Shown: in pieces, positions 41,832 to 51,964 of the stretch | Numbering within the stretch: position 1 is the stretch's first letter | How the letters are laid out: the number at the start of each line of letters is the position of its first letter | Source: a virus | Strand: one strand, 5' to 3' | Virus record (IMG/VR): IMGVR_UViG_3300025000_000061 | Coordinates: 87,783 to 151,782 of that record | DNA: 64,000 nucleotides | The notes under the pieces: generated by a model | Told to the model about the DNA's origin: nothing | What the model saw: the letters and a program-made list of their open reading frames with translations, nothing else | Database searches by the model: none | Translations under genes and position numbers: made by a program

Positions 41832-42398
41832 ATGAAAACAGGAGTATTTTTAGCAAGAATGCAACCAGTTCATAACGCACATTTGCATTTAATTAAACAA
41901 ACATGTATTGAAAACGATGAAGTTATTATTATGATAGGAAGTGCAAATAAAGAATATGAAACAAGAAATCCATTTCCGATAGAATTAAGAGTAGGTATGT
42001 TAAATGGAGCATTGCTTAATAATTTTGATTTTGATCATGTAAACAAAATTAAAATATATGCTTTACCAGACTATACGCATGAAAAAGATTATGAAAATGA
42101 TAAAGAATGGGGATTATATTTATACTACAATATTATTTCAAAAACAAAAAATAATATGTTTTCATTGTATTATTCAGATGAACCAAGTATTATGTTGAAT
42201 TGGTTTGAAAATAAAATTAAAGAAAAAATTAATTTTAGATTTTTTGAACGTAATGAATTATTTGAGGGATTAAGTGCAACCAAAATAAGAGAAGCAATAG
42301 TTAATAATGATAGATTATATATTGAAAAATACTGTCCAAAATCAGTAATAAATAATTTAGAATTACTGCAAGGCATATTAAATAATATAAGGAGTTAA
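41832..42398 (+). CDS. nadM: Nicotinamide-nucleotide adenylyltransferase (NadM-like)
   Basis: ARMQPVHNAH, GSAN, RNPF, SATKIR. Confidence 0.88.
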   Translation: MKTGVFLARMQPVHNAHLHLIKQTCIENDEVIIMIGSANKEYETRNPFPIELRVGMLNGALLNNFDFDHVNKIKIYALPDYTHEKDYENDKEWGLYLYYNIISKTKNNMFSLYYSDEPSIMLNWFENKIKEKINFRFFERNELFEGLSATKIREAIVNNDRLYIEKYCPKSVINNLELLQGILNNIRS

Positions 42399-42403
42399 TA
42401 AAT

Positions 42404-42598
42404 ATGTCAAACACCTACTGTCCAATATGTGCAGAAAATATTGACAACGAACCATTTTGTTTTTCATGTGGAGAAATATCAGGTTCTAAATCAGAAGAAT
42501 ATAAATTACATGAAAGAGATTATTATATTAAAAAGCAAATTAAAATATTTGGAAAAATAATAGTAGAACCTAAAAATTATTTAAAGGAGGAAAACTAG
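42404..42598 (+). CDS. Small Zn-ribbon protein
   Basis: CPIC..CFSCG. Confidence 0.65.
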   Translation: MSNTYCPICAENIDNEPFCFSCGEISGSKSEEYKLHERDYYIKKQIKIFGKIIVEPKNYLKEEN

Positions 42599-42599
42599 C

Positions 42600-43133
42600 A
42601 TGTCAATTATGAAAGGTTTATATCAAAAATACATAATTCAAAAATCAGACGGAACACCTGTAGATCCTAATGCAGATTATTTTGTATTAAGGTTGGATAC
42701 TGATTCAAAAGCAAGAGCAGCAATTAGATTTTATGCTAATAGGATATATCAAGAAAATCCTAAATTAGCAGAAGATATTTGGAGAAGATGCCTTAACCAT
42801 TGGGAAAGAAAATATTTTGAAAAAGATAGGATTAATTTAGAAAATATAGAAATTACATTTGACACAAATAAAAAAAGATATGGTGTAGTAAATAAAGATT
42901 TAAATGATTATAAAAAAGGATTAAAAGTAGAAATACTAGATGAATATGAAGATAAAACAACTTTAGGAGATCGTGTTTATGTAGTTAGATTTATTGATAA
43001 TAGAAAAGAAATGTACATCAATAATAATAAAATTAGACATGTAATTACTGATGATGTTAATTATGAAAGTGTTTATTATGGTATAGAAGTATTTAGTGTA
43101 TGTCAAATTGATTTATTACCTAATGAATCATAA
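42600..43133 (+). CDS. Hypothetical phage protein
   Basis: GLYQKY..YFVLRLD.D..ARAA..YA N-terminal motif. Confidence 0.75.
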   Translation: MSIMKGLYQKYIIQKSDGTPVDPNADYFVLRLDTDSKARAAIRFYANRIYQENPKLAEDIWRRCLNHWERKYFEKDRINLENIEITFDTNKKRYGVVNKDLNDYKKGLKVEILDEYEDKTTLGDRVYVVRFIDNRKEMYINNNKIRHVITDDVNYESVYYGIEVFSVCQIDLLPNES

Positions 43134-43365
43134 TTAATAGAAGTATCATTTTATTATAATATATAAAGGAGTAATTTATTATGCGTATAGTAAAATTTGA
43201 AGGTTGGATTATTTTCGATGAAGATGAATGTAATCATGGGGAAAATATAATTGCTCAAATTGACCATGAATTATTTAATGTAGATGGTGCTATTGAATGG
43301 GATTTAAGAGAAATTACTAATAAAAAGATAGAATATGAAAGTGATTAATATAAAGGAGAATTAAT

Positions 43366-43566
43366 ATGAGTAGTAAACCACTTTTAGAATTAATAACTTG
43401 CAATTCAGGTGATTGGAATGTTCTAAGAGTAAATCTAGGTGAAAATTTTGAACGTCAAGGTCACTCTCTATCAAAATGGGATTGGATTGATTTATTAAAA
43501 TTATTAGACTATAAAGTTGAAGAAAGAGAGATTAGTGACGAAGATATGGAATATGGAAATTATTAA
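43366..43566 (+). CDS. Hypothetical protein
   Basis: ORF with RBS. Confidence 0.65.
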   Translation: MSSKPLLELITCNSGDWNVLRVNLGENFERQGHSLSKWDWIDLLKLLDYKVEEREISDEDMEYGNY

Positions 43567-43791
43567 TATAAAATAAGAGAATAAAGGAGTAATATAATTA
43601 TGAATCTAAACAAAGATGAAATAAATATCATAATGAATCTCATAAGTGAAAAAATTGTAGATATGAAAAGTAGACAAAATGAAATAGATTTAAATAAATT
43701 TGAGAAAATAATATTATTAGGTGTAAAAATAGAAAATGAATGGTTAAAATTAAATTCATCAAATTAAAAATTAAAGGAGTAATTTAATCAC

Positions 43792-44304
43792 ATGGCAGAA
43801 TACACAATTGAAATTACTACATATTGTCCACATAATTGTAGTTACTGTTCAACTAATGCAACAGAAAACGGAATACATATTGATATAGAAACAATTAAAC
43901 AATTCTTAAAATCTAACAATATACAATCAACAGATAGAATTAATATATCAGGTGGAGAACCATTATCACATCCTAAATTTTATGAAATATTACAATTATG
44001 CAAACAATTAACTTCTGATGTTTGGGTATATACTAATGAATTAACTCAAATCAGATATAATACTTCTGTAATTAATGAAATACAAATTGAAGCAAATGTT
44101 TGTTTAACTCCAGGAGAAGATGTATATATACCTAAAAATGCTCATAAGGTTCATTTGCTTCAATTCGTACCTACAGGAAGAGGAAAAAATATAAAACCTA
44201 TAAATATGAAACTATCAGGTTCGGATTGTAAAAATTGCAATCATAAAGTTTTACAAGCAAATGGCAAAATTGTAGATGCACCTTGTAAGAAAGATTATAA
44301 CTAA
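43792..44304 (+). CDS. Short radical SAM protein
   Basis: CPHNCSYC, SGGEPL, YTN. Confidence 0.85.
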   Translation: MAEYTIEITTYCPHNCSYCSTNATENGIHIDIETIKQFLKSNNIQSTDRINISGGEPLSHPKFYEILQLCKQLTSDVWVYTNELTQIRYNTSVINEIQIEANVCLTPGEDVYIPKNAHKVHLLQFVPTGRGKNIKPINMKLSGSDCKNCNHKVLQANGKIVDAPCKKDYN

Positions 44305-44312
44305 AAGAAAGG

Positions 44313-44810
44313 TTGATTAATATTAACAATAATATTAAAGATAATTTTATTATTCAAGTTAATCCTATTATTGATTATGCAATGAGAGGTTTATGTAGAA
44401 AACCTTATTACAATCATCCTAAAGGTTGCCCTAATTTTAGAAAAAGAGAAGATTGTCCTCCATTTGCACCTTTATTTGATAAGTATATAGATATGTTAAA
44501 ACCTATTTATGCTATATATAATATATTTGATTTTAAATCTCATATAGATAAAATGAAATTAAAACATCCTAATTGGTCAGAACATCAATTAAAATGTGTA
44601 TTATATTGGCAAGGTTCAGCAAGAAAACAATTAAAAGAAAAATGTAAAATATTTATAAAAGAACATGAAGGATTAGGATATGAAATAATCACTTGTCCAG
44701 AAGCAATGGGAGTTAATTTAACTGAAACAATGAAGAATGTAGGAATTATTTTAGAATGGCCTCCTGTTAATATAACATATCAAATTGCTATAGCAGGAAT
44801 TAAGAAGTAA
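44313..44810 (+). CDS. DUF2284-like metal-binding protein
   Basis: LC..GCPNF..CPP, PEAMGVN. Confidence 0.65.
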   Translation: MININNNIKDNFIIQVNPIIDYAMRGLCRKPYYNHPKGCPNFRKREDCPPFAPLFDKYIDMLKPIYAIYNIFDFKSHIDKMKLKHPNWSEHQLKCVLYWQGSARKQLKEKCKIFIKEHEGLGYEIITCPEAMGVNLTETMKNVGIILEWPPVNITYQIAIAGIKK

Positions 44811-44824
44811 ATGAGGTAATTAAT

Positions 44825-45016
44825 ATGATTAAATGCAACACATGTATTAACAAAACAGAAATAAATGAAGCTGAATTATATTGCATGGATACTTATTATG
44901 GTTATGGGCAAATATTTGATTGGTGTACTGCAAATAATACTTCTTTAGATTATATGGAACACTTAGGTTGTGATTTTAATAAATGTAAAGAATATAAAGA
45001 GAAAGGAAGTGATTAA
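44825..45016 (+). CDS. Small Cys-rich protein
   Basis: CNTC.N..C..C..C. Confidence 0.65.
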   Translation: MIKCNTCINKTEINEAELYCMDTYYGYGQIFDWCTANNTSLDYMEHLGCDFNKCKEYKEKGSD

Positions 45017-45236
45017 TTATCTTAAAACTATCAGAATTAATACAATGGATGGAATATGAATTTGAAAATGGAAATAGAGTCAAAGCATCTAAATTATATA
45101 GAATATTTTGTAAATATGCAAAAATGAGATTTAAAGATGCAGATGAATATCGTTTGAGAAATTATAAAAAATATAATTGGAATAGATAAAAGATCATAAA
45201 AATTTAGTTTTATTCAATAAATAAAGGAGAATTTTT

Positions 45237-45464
45237 ATGGAAGAATTAAAATTTAAAATAACAAAATTATCTCAAGAAAAGAGAATAGATGGAGATGTAA
45301 TTATAGATACAATATGTATCAATGATGACACTGATATTCGCATAATTGTATCTAATCGTTTATATAATGATAGATATTTTGTAAAGAATAAATTAATTAA
45401 TGAATATAATCGTTTAATAGAATTGAAAAAATCATATGATATTAATATTGGCGATATTATTTAA
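45237..45464 (+). CDS. Hypothetical protein
   Basis: ORF with RBS. Confidence 0.65.
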   Translation: MEELKFKITKLSQEKRIDGDVIIDTICINDDTDIRIIVSNRLYNDRYFVKNKLINEYNRLIELKKSYDINIGDII

Positions 45465-45707
45465 ACTAAGGAGAATTATATGGGAATAAGATCAGATTAT
45501 AAAAGATATAGGTATGAATATTATGGAGGTTATTGTAATAAAGTAAAAAATTTAAATTTAGAACCTATTTTTTTTGTGAATTTTCAGATGCAATAGATAT
45601 TTTATTTCAAGAAGAATTAACAAAAAAACAAATTATGGAAAGACTAATTAGTATAACTAAATTTATTAATTATATTAAAAAATAAAATTATAAAAGGAGG
45701 ACTTACC

Positions 45708-47954
45708 TTGTCTACAACTAAAAACTTAATAAATATCAATAATCAAAATAAAGTTTTAATTACAATTAATCATAATCAAACTGAGCAACAAACACAATCT
45801 ATTAAAGTAGATTCTCAACATCATATTCATATTCTCGATAGGTCAGGTTCGATGTCAGGAAGCATTAATAATTTAATTGAAAATGTTAAATTAGCAATTA
45901 AACATATGTCTGATAATGATTATGTCAGCATTATATGGTTTAGTGGACATGATGAATGTAAAGTATTGATTAAAGGTGCTAAAAAAGATGAAAGTTTATT
46001 TAAACTATTAGACTCTATTAAATCTACTGTTGGATTAACTTGTTTCTCTACTCCCATTGCTGAAACAAATACAATTATTGAAGATTTATTTAATATTTGT
46101 AATAGTATTAGTGTTAATCTATTTACAGATGGAGAAGTAGTTGTACCTTGGACAGAAAGAGAAGAAGAAAATAAAATATTTGCAGAAATTGCTAAATTTA
46201 AAGATAAGATATTAGCATTTAATACAATTGGTTATGGATATTATTACAATCAAGATTTATTAAAACGTATTTCAGCAGAATCTACTTTTGGAAATGCAAT
46301 TCATTCTAATCATATCAATGAGTACGTTTCTATCTTTGACCATAATTATGAGAGAGTTAATGATTTAATTTTAGAATCTGTTGAAATTGATATTATCAAT
46401 GAAACAGAAAACGTAGATATTATATATCTTAATAGTAATTCTTCCAAATATACGCAAAATACATTAAAATTGAATAGATTAGATAAAAAGAAAAATCAAA
46501 TATTTTTATTATCTGATAAGGACTTTACTTTTAAATACAATGATGAAATTATTGATACATCAAAATTACCTATCACAAAAATAAACAAAAATATTCAACC
46601 AACAATTAATAATTTCTTTTATACATATGCTTACGAATTATTTTACATAAACAAAAGACAAGAAGCATTAAATATCATTGCAAATAATTTACATGATAAA
46701 TATTTAGTAGATACACAATTAAATATTTTCACAAATGATGAAGTAGGGCAATATACTAAAGAATTAAAAAATAGTATATTTAAACCTAAAACCAGATATA
46801 AAACAGGTTTATCTCCTGACAACTACTTACCTAAAGACGATACTTTTTGTATTATGGATTTACTCAAGATTTTATCTGAAAGTAATAATTATTATATTCC
46901 TTCTAAAAACTATCAAAGAATTGGAACAAAAACAGAAGATAAATTTAATTTGTTTGTTAAAAATGAAGATGAAAGTAAAACACCTATTAATACTTTAACT
47001 TACAATAAGAAATTTTTAAATGTAAGTTTACCATTAACTATTTATGGGAAAGTAAAAATTAATGCAAAAATTGCTAGTAAACATAATTTAGATAAAGAAA
47101 TCGATAGTAAAATATTTAGAACACATACTTTAATTAAAGATGGTAATTTAAACATGCAAGAAATTGAATGTGTTTTAGATGAAGAAACGTATAATAAATT
47201 AATTGAAATTCAAAATGAAAATAATATTGAATTTATTCAGTTAGTTAATTCAAATGATAATGCATATAAAGTTAATATAATACTGAATAAATTACCAGTA
47301 ATAAATCGCATGTATGTCAATGAAAGCAGTAATATTGAAAATATTTTTAATAGTATTATTAGAATTAATGAATTAGAAATACAGCAAAAAGTATTAAATT
47401 TTTATATTAAAGAAATTATTAATAAACATAATATTATTGAAGGTAAATTTAAAGATTTTTCTGCTGAACAAATTGAAGTTTTACAACAACATGGATTAAA
47501 TAAAAATTTAGAATATGTAGGTGTAGATAATCAAAAAGCAGAATCAAAAGATTATTATTTTGCAAGATGTTTAGAATTTAATCTAAAAGGATATAGTAGT
47601 ATACCTAGTGTTAATGATGTTCTTAAAAAAGTAGAAACTAAAAAGAAATTAAATGATGTTGGTAAATACATGTATGATTATATTAATATGTTGAATATTG
47701 GTTTAACTAAATTAGGGTACAATGATTTAAATAACTTAACTGAAAAACATAAAGATGTATTACAACAACAATTAGAAATTGTTAAAAAAGAATTATTTAC
47801 AGAAAGAACAAAAATTAATTGTATGAAAATTGCTGTTGTTTTAACTGGTTCTTGGTTTAACAATTTAGAAAAAGACGATAAGGGAAATTGGTATTATAAG
47901 AAAGATGATAAGATTTTAAATATTAAAAGTGAAAAAGTTAAAGTTGAATATTAA
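45708..47954 (+). CDS. von Willebrand factor A (vWA) domain protein
   Basis: ILDRSGSM MIDAS, LFTDG, TIGYG. Confidence 0.85.
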   Translation: MSTTKNLININNQNKVLITINHNQTEQQTQSIKVDSQHHIHILDRSGSMSGSINNLIENVKLAIKHMSDNDYVSIIWFSGHDECKVLIKGAKKDESLFKLLDSIKSTVGLTCFSTPIAETNTIIEDLFNICNSISVNLFTDGEVVVPWTEREEENKIFAEIAKFKDKILAFNTIGYGYYYNQDLLKRISAESTFGNAIHSNHINEYVSIFDHNYERVNDLILESVEIDIINETENVDIIYLNSNSSKYTQNTLKLNRLDKKKNQIFLLSDKDFTFKYNDEIIDTSKLPITKINKNIQPTINNFFYTYAYELFYINKRQEALNIIANNLHDKYLVDTQLNIFTNDEVGQYTKELKNSIFKPKTRYKTGLSPDNYLPKDDTFCIMDLLKILSESNNYYIPSKNYQRIGTKTEDKFNLFVKNEDESKTPINTLTYNKKFLNVSLPLTIYGKVKINAKIASKHNLDKEIDSKIFRTHTLIKDGNLNMQEIECVLDEETYNKLIEIQNENNIEFIQLVNSNDNAYKVNIILNKLPVINRMYVNESSNIENIFNSIIRINELEIQQKVLNFYIKEIINKHNIIEGKFKDFSAEQIEVLQQHGLNKNLEYVGVDNQKAESKDYYFARCLEFNLKGYSSIPSVNDVLKKVETKKKLNDVGKYMYDYINMLNIGLTKLGYNDLNNLTEKHKDVLQQQLEIVKKELFTERTKINCMKIAVVLTGSWFNNLEKDDKGNWYYKKDDKILNIKSEKVKVEY

Positions 47955-48051
47955 AATATAAAACTAAATATAGTAATAATTATTATTAATTTATAGTAGG
48001 TAATAGTTATTACTATATTAAACAAATAAAATACAATAAAAGTAAAGGAGA

Positions 48052-49005
48052 GTGGATTCTATAAATACAAATCTAAAAACAAGATGCTTAACTTCTCAAC
48101 AATACTCATTAGAAGATTTAATTAATCTATGCAAACTAACAGATAAAATAAAAAATATTGCGTCAACAAAAGAAGGATTATTATACCTTAAATCACTTTT
48201 ACCACATAAACGTGCAATGCTTTACTTCAAGCAACCTAGTACACGTACATTTTTATCGTTTCAAAATGCATGTTACATACTAGGTATATCATGTTCTGAA
48301 ATACGTGATACTTCTACCTCCTCTGAAATGAAAGGTGAGACAGAATTAGATGCGGTAAAAACATTCTCACAATATGCAGATTTAATTATTATGAGACATC
48401 CATCAAGTGACTTTATTTATGAGATATCTGATAATTTACCTAATGATATGAGAATAATTAATGCAGGTTCAGGGACTAATGAGCACCCAACTCAGGCATT
48501 GTTAGACTTCTACACTATTTATAAATATGGGTTATTAGAAGGTAAGAAAGTTGCATTTATTGGTGATTTATTGCGAGGTAGAACTGTTAGATCACTTGCA
48601 TTACTATTAAATAAAGTTAGTGGTACTAAATTATATTTTGTTGCACCAGATAAATATCAAATCAAAAATGATATATTAAATCAATTAAATGTTAATTATG
48701 AAATTGCAAATGATATTGAAAAAGTATTACCTGAAATGGATGTTATCTATATGACTAGACTTCAAGATGAATATGGTCAAATTAATGGAGAAGATTTTAT
48801 TGATACAAGTAGATACTCAATTAATAGTAATAATATAAATATACTAAAAGAAGATGCAATTATACTTCATCCACTACCTAGAAGAAATGAAATTGCAATT
48901 GAGATTGATAAGAATAAACGTGCTAAGTATTGGGAGCAAACAAATAATGGGATGTATGTTCGTGTTGCTTTGATTAACAGTATGTTTAATGTATGTGGAT
49001 TGTAA
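48052..49005 (+). CDS. pyrB: Aspartate carbamoyltransferase catalytic subunit
   Basis: PSTRT, KGE, INAGSG.NEHPTQALLD, MTRLQ, LHPLPR; real start may be ATA 48061. Confidence 0.93.
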   Translation: MDSINTNLKTRCLTSQQYSLEDLINLCKLTDKIKNIASTKEGLLYLKSLLPHKRAMLYFKQPSTRTFLSFQNACYILGISCSEIRDTSTSSEMKGETELDAVKTFSQYADLIIMRHPSSDFIYEISDNLPNDMRIINAGSGTNEHPTQALLDFYTIYKYGLLEGKKVAFIGDLLRGRTVRSLALLLNKVSGTKLYFVAPDKYQIKNDILNQLNVNYEIANDIEKVLPEMDVIYMTRLQDEYGQINGEDFIDTSRYSINSNNINILKEDAIILHPLPRRNEIAIEIDKNKRAKYWEQTNNGMYVRVALINSMFNVCGL

Positions 49006-49025
49006 AAATAAAAAGGAGAAGTTGT

Positions 49026-49434
49026 ATGACAAAATTAGAAGAATTAAAAAATGAATTAGCAATAATATCTAAAGAAATAAAAAAACTATCTACAAACGAT
49101 TATATTATTACATATGAAGAATTAAAAGAAGTAAAAAACACAATTAAATAATGAAATTAAAAGAGAAATACATAAAATACAAACCGAATGTAAACATCCT
49201 ATTTGGTATCACTTAATTACTGAGACAGATTGCTATGAAGGTAGAAGTTATTTTACATGTAAATGTTTATTATGTGGGAAAGAAAGAGAAGATGGATATA
49301 GACATTTTGGCAATGTTCTAAAGAAAAAAGAATCTTATAATAAAATAAAAGAAGAATATGATAAGTTAAAAAGTATTACTACCAATCAAGATGTAATATT
49401 TAGTGCATTAAAAGAAAAATTTACAGATAAATAA
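49026..49434 (+). pseudogene. Coiled-coil/CKH..CxxC protein frameshifted in an A6 run
   Basis: Removing one A at 49133-49138 fuses two frames into one ORF. Confidence 0.55.
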
Positions 49435-49458
49435 TTATAAAATAAAAAGGAGATTAAT

Positions 49459-49704
49459 ATGAGTAATAAAAAACTACAACAAATAATTGATTTCTTTGAA
49501 TTAGAAGAAGGATATAGTAAAAATGATATTATATCAGATATAATTGGTGAAATAAAAGAACTTCAAGGTTATTCTTCTGATGAAATTGGACTTGAATGGG
49601 ACGGAAAATATTTAATGAATTTAGATGATTTTGTTAATGACTTTTATTATAAACTTATTGAAAGAATTTGTAATGTCATAAAAAGTTTTCAAAAAAATAA
49701 TTAG
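49459..49704 (+). CDS. Hypothetical protein
   Basis: ORF with RBS. Confidence 0.7.
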   Translation: MSNKKLQQIIDFFELEEGYSKNDIISDIIGEIKELQGYSSDEIGLEWDGKYLMNLDDFVNDFYYKLIERICNVIKSFQKNN

Positions 49705-49718
49705 AAAGGTTATAAAAT

Positions 49719-49919
49719 ATGAGAAAAGACGGATTAAATGAACAAGAAGGAAAAGTTATGGATTCTCTAATCGAAGCATGGAATCAATATATCAAATTAG
49801 ATAAACAACACTCATCTGATATTGATGAATTTTGTAATGGAATACATAAATGTCAACATGCTTTGACTATAAGAATATTAAGGAGAGATTATCCAGAAGG
49901 TTATCCGATTAAGATTTAA
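49719..49919 (+). CDS. Small helical phage protein
   Basis: AWN..L..H..D..EF..IH..Q..RR.YP pattern. Confidence 0.7.
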   Translation: MRKDGLNEQEGKVMDSLIEAWNQYIKLDKQHSSDIDEFCNGIHKCQHALTIRILRRDYPEGYPIKI

Positions 49920-50142
49920 TTATAAATTTCATTTTTATATTAGTCGAAAGGAGATAAATATGAAACCTAGTTATTACAAACGCAATTGTTCAGATTGTAT
50001 TAATTATATGTCGATAACTAAAGCATTAGATGCAAATTGGTATTTAATTTGTGGTGTAGGTAGATTCACAGCTTGCAAATATTTTGAAGCAGAATCACAA
50101 ACTGATTAAATTTTAAAATTCTAAAAAGGAGAATATAAAACC

Positions 50143-50364
50143 ATGCAACACACAGTCAGATCAGATAAACAATTCTACAATCAATTCCAATCACTCCAAG
50201 ATAGGATTAAAGAATTATCTATTATATTTCAAATTCAAGATCAACCTGTAGAAATATCAGATATAGAATTGATTGAATGGAATAATATAGCAACTAAATT
50301 ACAGAAAGATTTATCGAAGTTGATATTAGAATGTGGATTTAGAATTAGTATGAAGTTAGATTAA
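50143..50364 (+). CDS. Hypothetical protein
   Basis: ORF with RBS. Confidence 0.65.
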   Translation: MQHTVRSDKQFYNQFQSLQDRIKELSIIFQIQDQPVEISDIELIEWNNIATKLQKDLSKLILECGFRISMKLD

Positions 50365-50838
50365 TAATATAAAATATAGAAAGGAGAGAAAATATGAAAA
50401 ATGTTAAATTGTATCTCCGAACACTCAAAGCAATTATAGACAATCACTATGAAAAAGAAATAGTGTTTTATGATGGCGACTATGATGAATGGTATTCTAG
50501 AATGCATTGTAGAAATATCACACCAAAAGAATTGACTGATTGGGTGTTAGAATTAACTAAACCTAAAAAGTAGTTAGTTATAAAAATAGTTATTAAAAAA
50601 TAAAATAATACACAAAGGAGAATATAATTATGTCATATGGAATATTTATGGGTAAAAAAGTTTATTGTCCTAAATGTTATAAAATGCATGAGAATCCAAT
50701 GATTAGTTATGTAGAAAACGGAAAATATTATTGTTATTGTAATTGTGGAAGTTATTTTGAAATTGAGATTAATGAGTAGAAAGGAAATATAATTAATATC
50801 AAGTTCATGTTTCGTCATGATATTAAAAATTAAATATA

Positions 50839-51156
50839 ATGAGGTTAAACATTATGATAGAAGATTTTAAAAATGGAGTAAGAAAAATAACTTTAGGTGA
50901 AGACACTACATATATAAGTCAAATTCATGTCGATGGAGATGAAATCTCTAGTGGAATATGCTTTAGTAATAAATATAGTACAAATGATAAATATAATTTT
51001 CAAGGTGATGAAGTTATTATTGAAATAACTAATTTTCAAGGAGTAATGTCATATATAAAAGCAGGTATTGAATTATTAAAATCATGGAAAATTGAAGGAT
51101 TAGATGAATTGTATGATAAGGTATTAAAAGATATTGATAAAATGATGAAAAAATGA
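50839..51156 (+). CDS. Hypothetical protein
   Basis: ORF; likely start ATG 50854. Confidence 0.65.
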   Translation: MRLNIMIEDFKNGVRKITLGEDTTYISQIHVDGDEISSGICFSNKYSTNDKYNFQGDEVIIEITNFQGVMSYIKAGIELLKSWKIEGLDELYDKVLKDIDKMMKK

Positions 51157-51208
51157 TATAAAGAAGATAAATGGTATATAAATAATGGTGATTTTTGATA
51201 AATAATTA

Positions 51209-51237
51209 TTGACAAAATACAAAAATAATAGTAAAAT
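51209..51237 (+). promoter_or_regulatory. SigA-type promoter upstream of the thyA-folA unit
   Basis: TTGACA-17-TAAAAT. Confidence 0.75.
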
Positions 51238-51255
51238 ATAAATAGTTTAAAGGAG

Positions 51256-51456
51256 GTGATTTTTATACATTTATATATCCCTTGGTGGGGATTCTTAATA
51301 TTATTTATCTGTATAGGTTTTAGTTATGCGTATTATTTTTACAGTAAAAATGCTTTTCATCCTTATGATGTTGTGACACCTATAATAATATTAGGTATAG
51401 TTATAGGGACAATATTAGTTTCAATTGCTTTTTTGATTGGGAAGTTTTTGTTTTAA
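51256..51456 (+). CDS. Small membrane protein
   Basis: Two hydrophobic helices. Confidence 0.65.
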   Translation: MIFIHLYIPWWGFLILFICIGFSYAYYFYSKNAFHPYDVVTPIIILGIVIGTILVSIAFLIGKFLF

Positions 51457-51499
51457 TTAGGTATAAAATAAAAATATAAATAAAAGGGGAATATATATT

Positions 51500-51931
51500 A
51501 TGAAAATTTATGGTAATTTAGAACTTAACCAAGAAAACGAAGGTATTATCCTTAAAAATGAAAAAGGAGATGAAATTTTAAAAATTCGCTGTAATCATAA
51601 TGATATACAATGGATTTATGTAAAACCTCAAACCCAAGAAGATAATTATCTAAACTTATTAGAAGAAAGAATAAAAATATTAGAAAGAATAATTAAACAA
51701 GAAAAACAATTACATATGGATAAAATTACAGAATTTGAACAAAAATTAAATGAATTAAATGAATATATAAATGATACGATTAATAAAAATACTAAAATAA
51801 AATGTAAACATGACTGGAAGGTAATATCCAGAGGTAAACCATTTAAAGTACAAGATGGTGATATATTAGTTTGGGAGAAAAGTAGATGTACATTATGCGG
51901 TGAAGAAAGAAAACAAATGGAAGATTATTAA
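51500..51931 (+). CDS. Coiled-coil protein with CKH..CTLC tail
   Basis: ORF with RBS. Confidence 0.7.
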   Translation: MKIYGNLELNQENEGIILKNEKGDEILKIRCNHNDIQWIYVKPQTQEDNYLNLLEERIKILERIIKQEKQLHMDKITEFEQKLNELNEYINDTINKNTKIKCKHDWKVISRGKPFKVQDGDILVWEKSRCTLCGEERKQMEDY

Positions 51932-51964
51932 AATAAAAAATATAAAAGGAGAAAACACATACAT

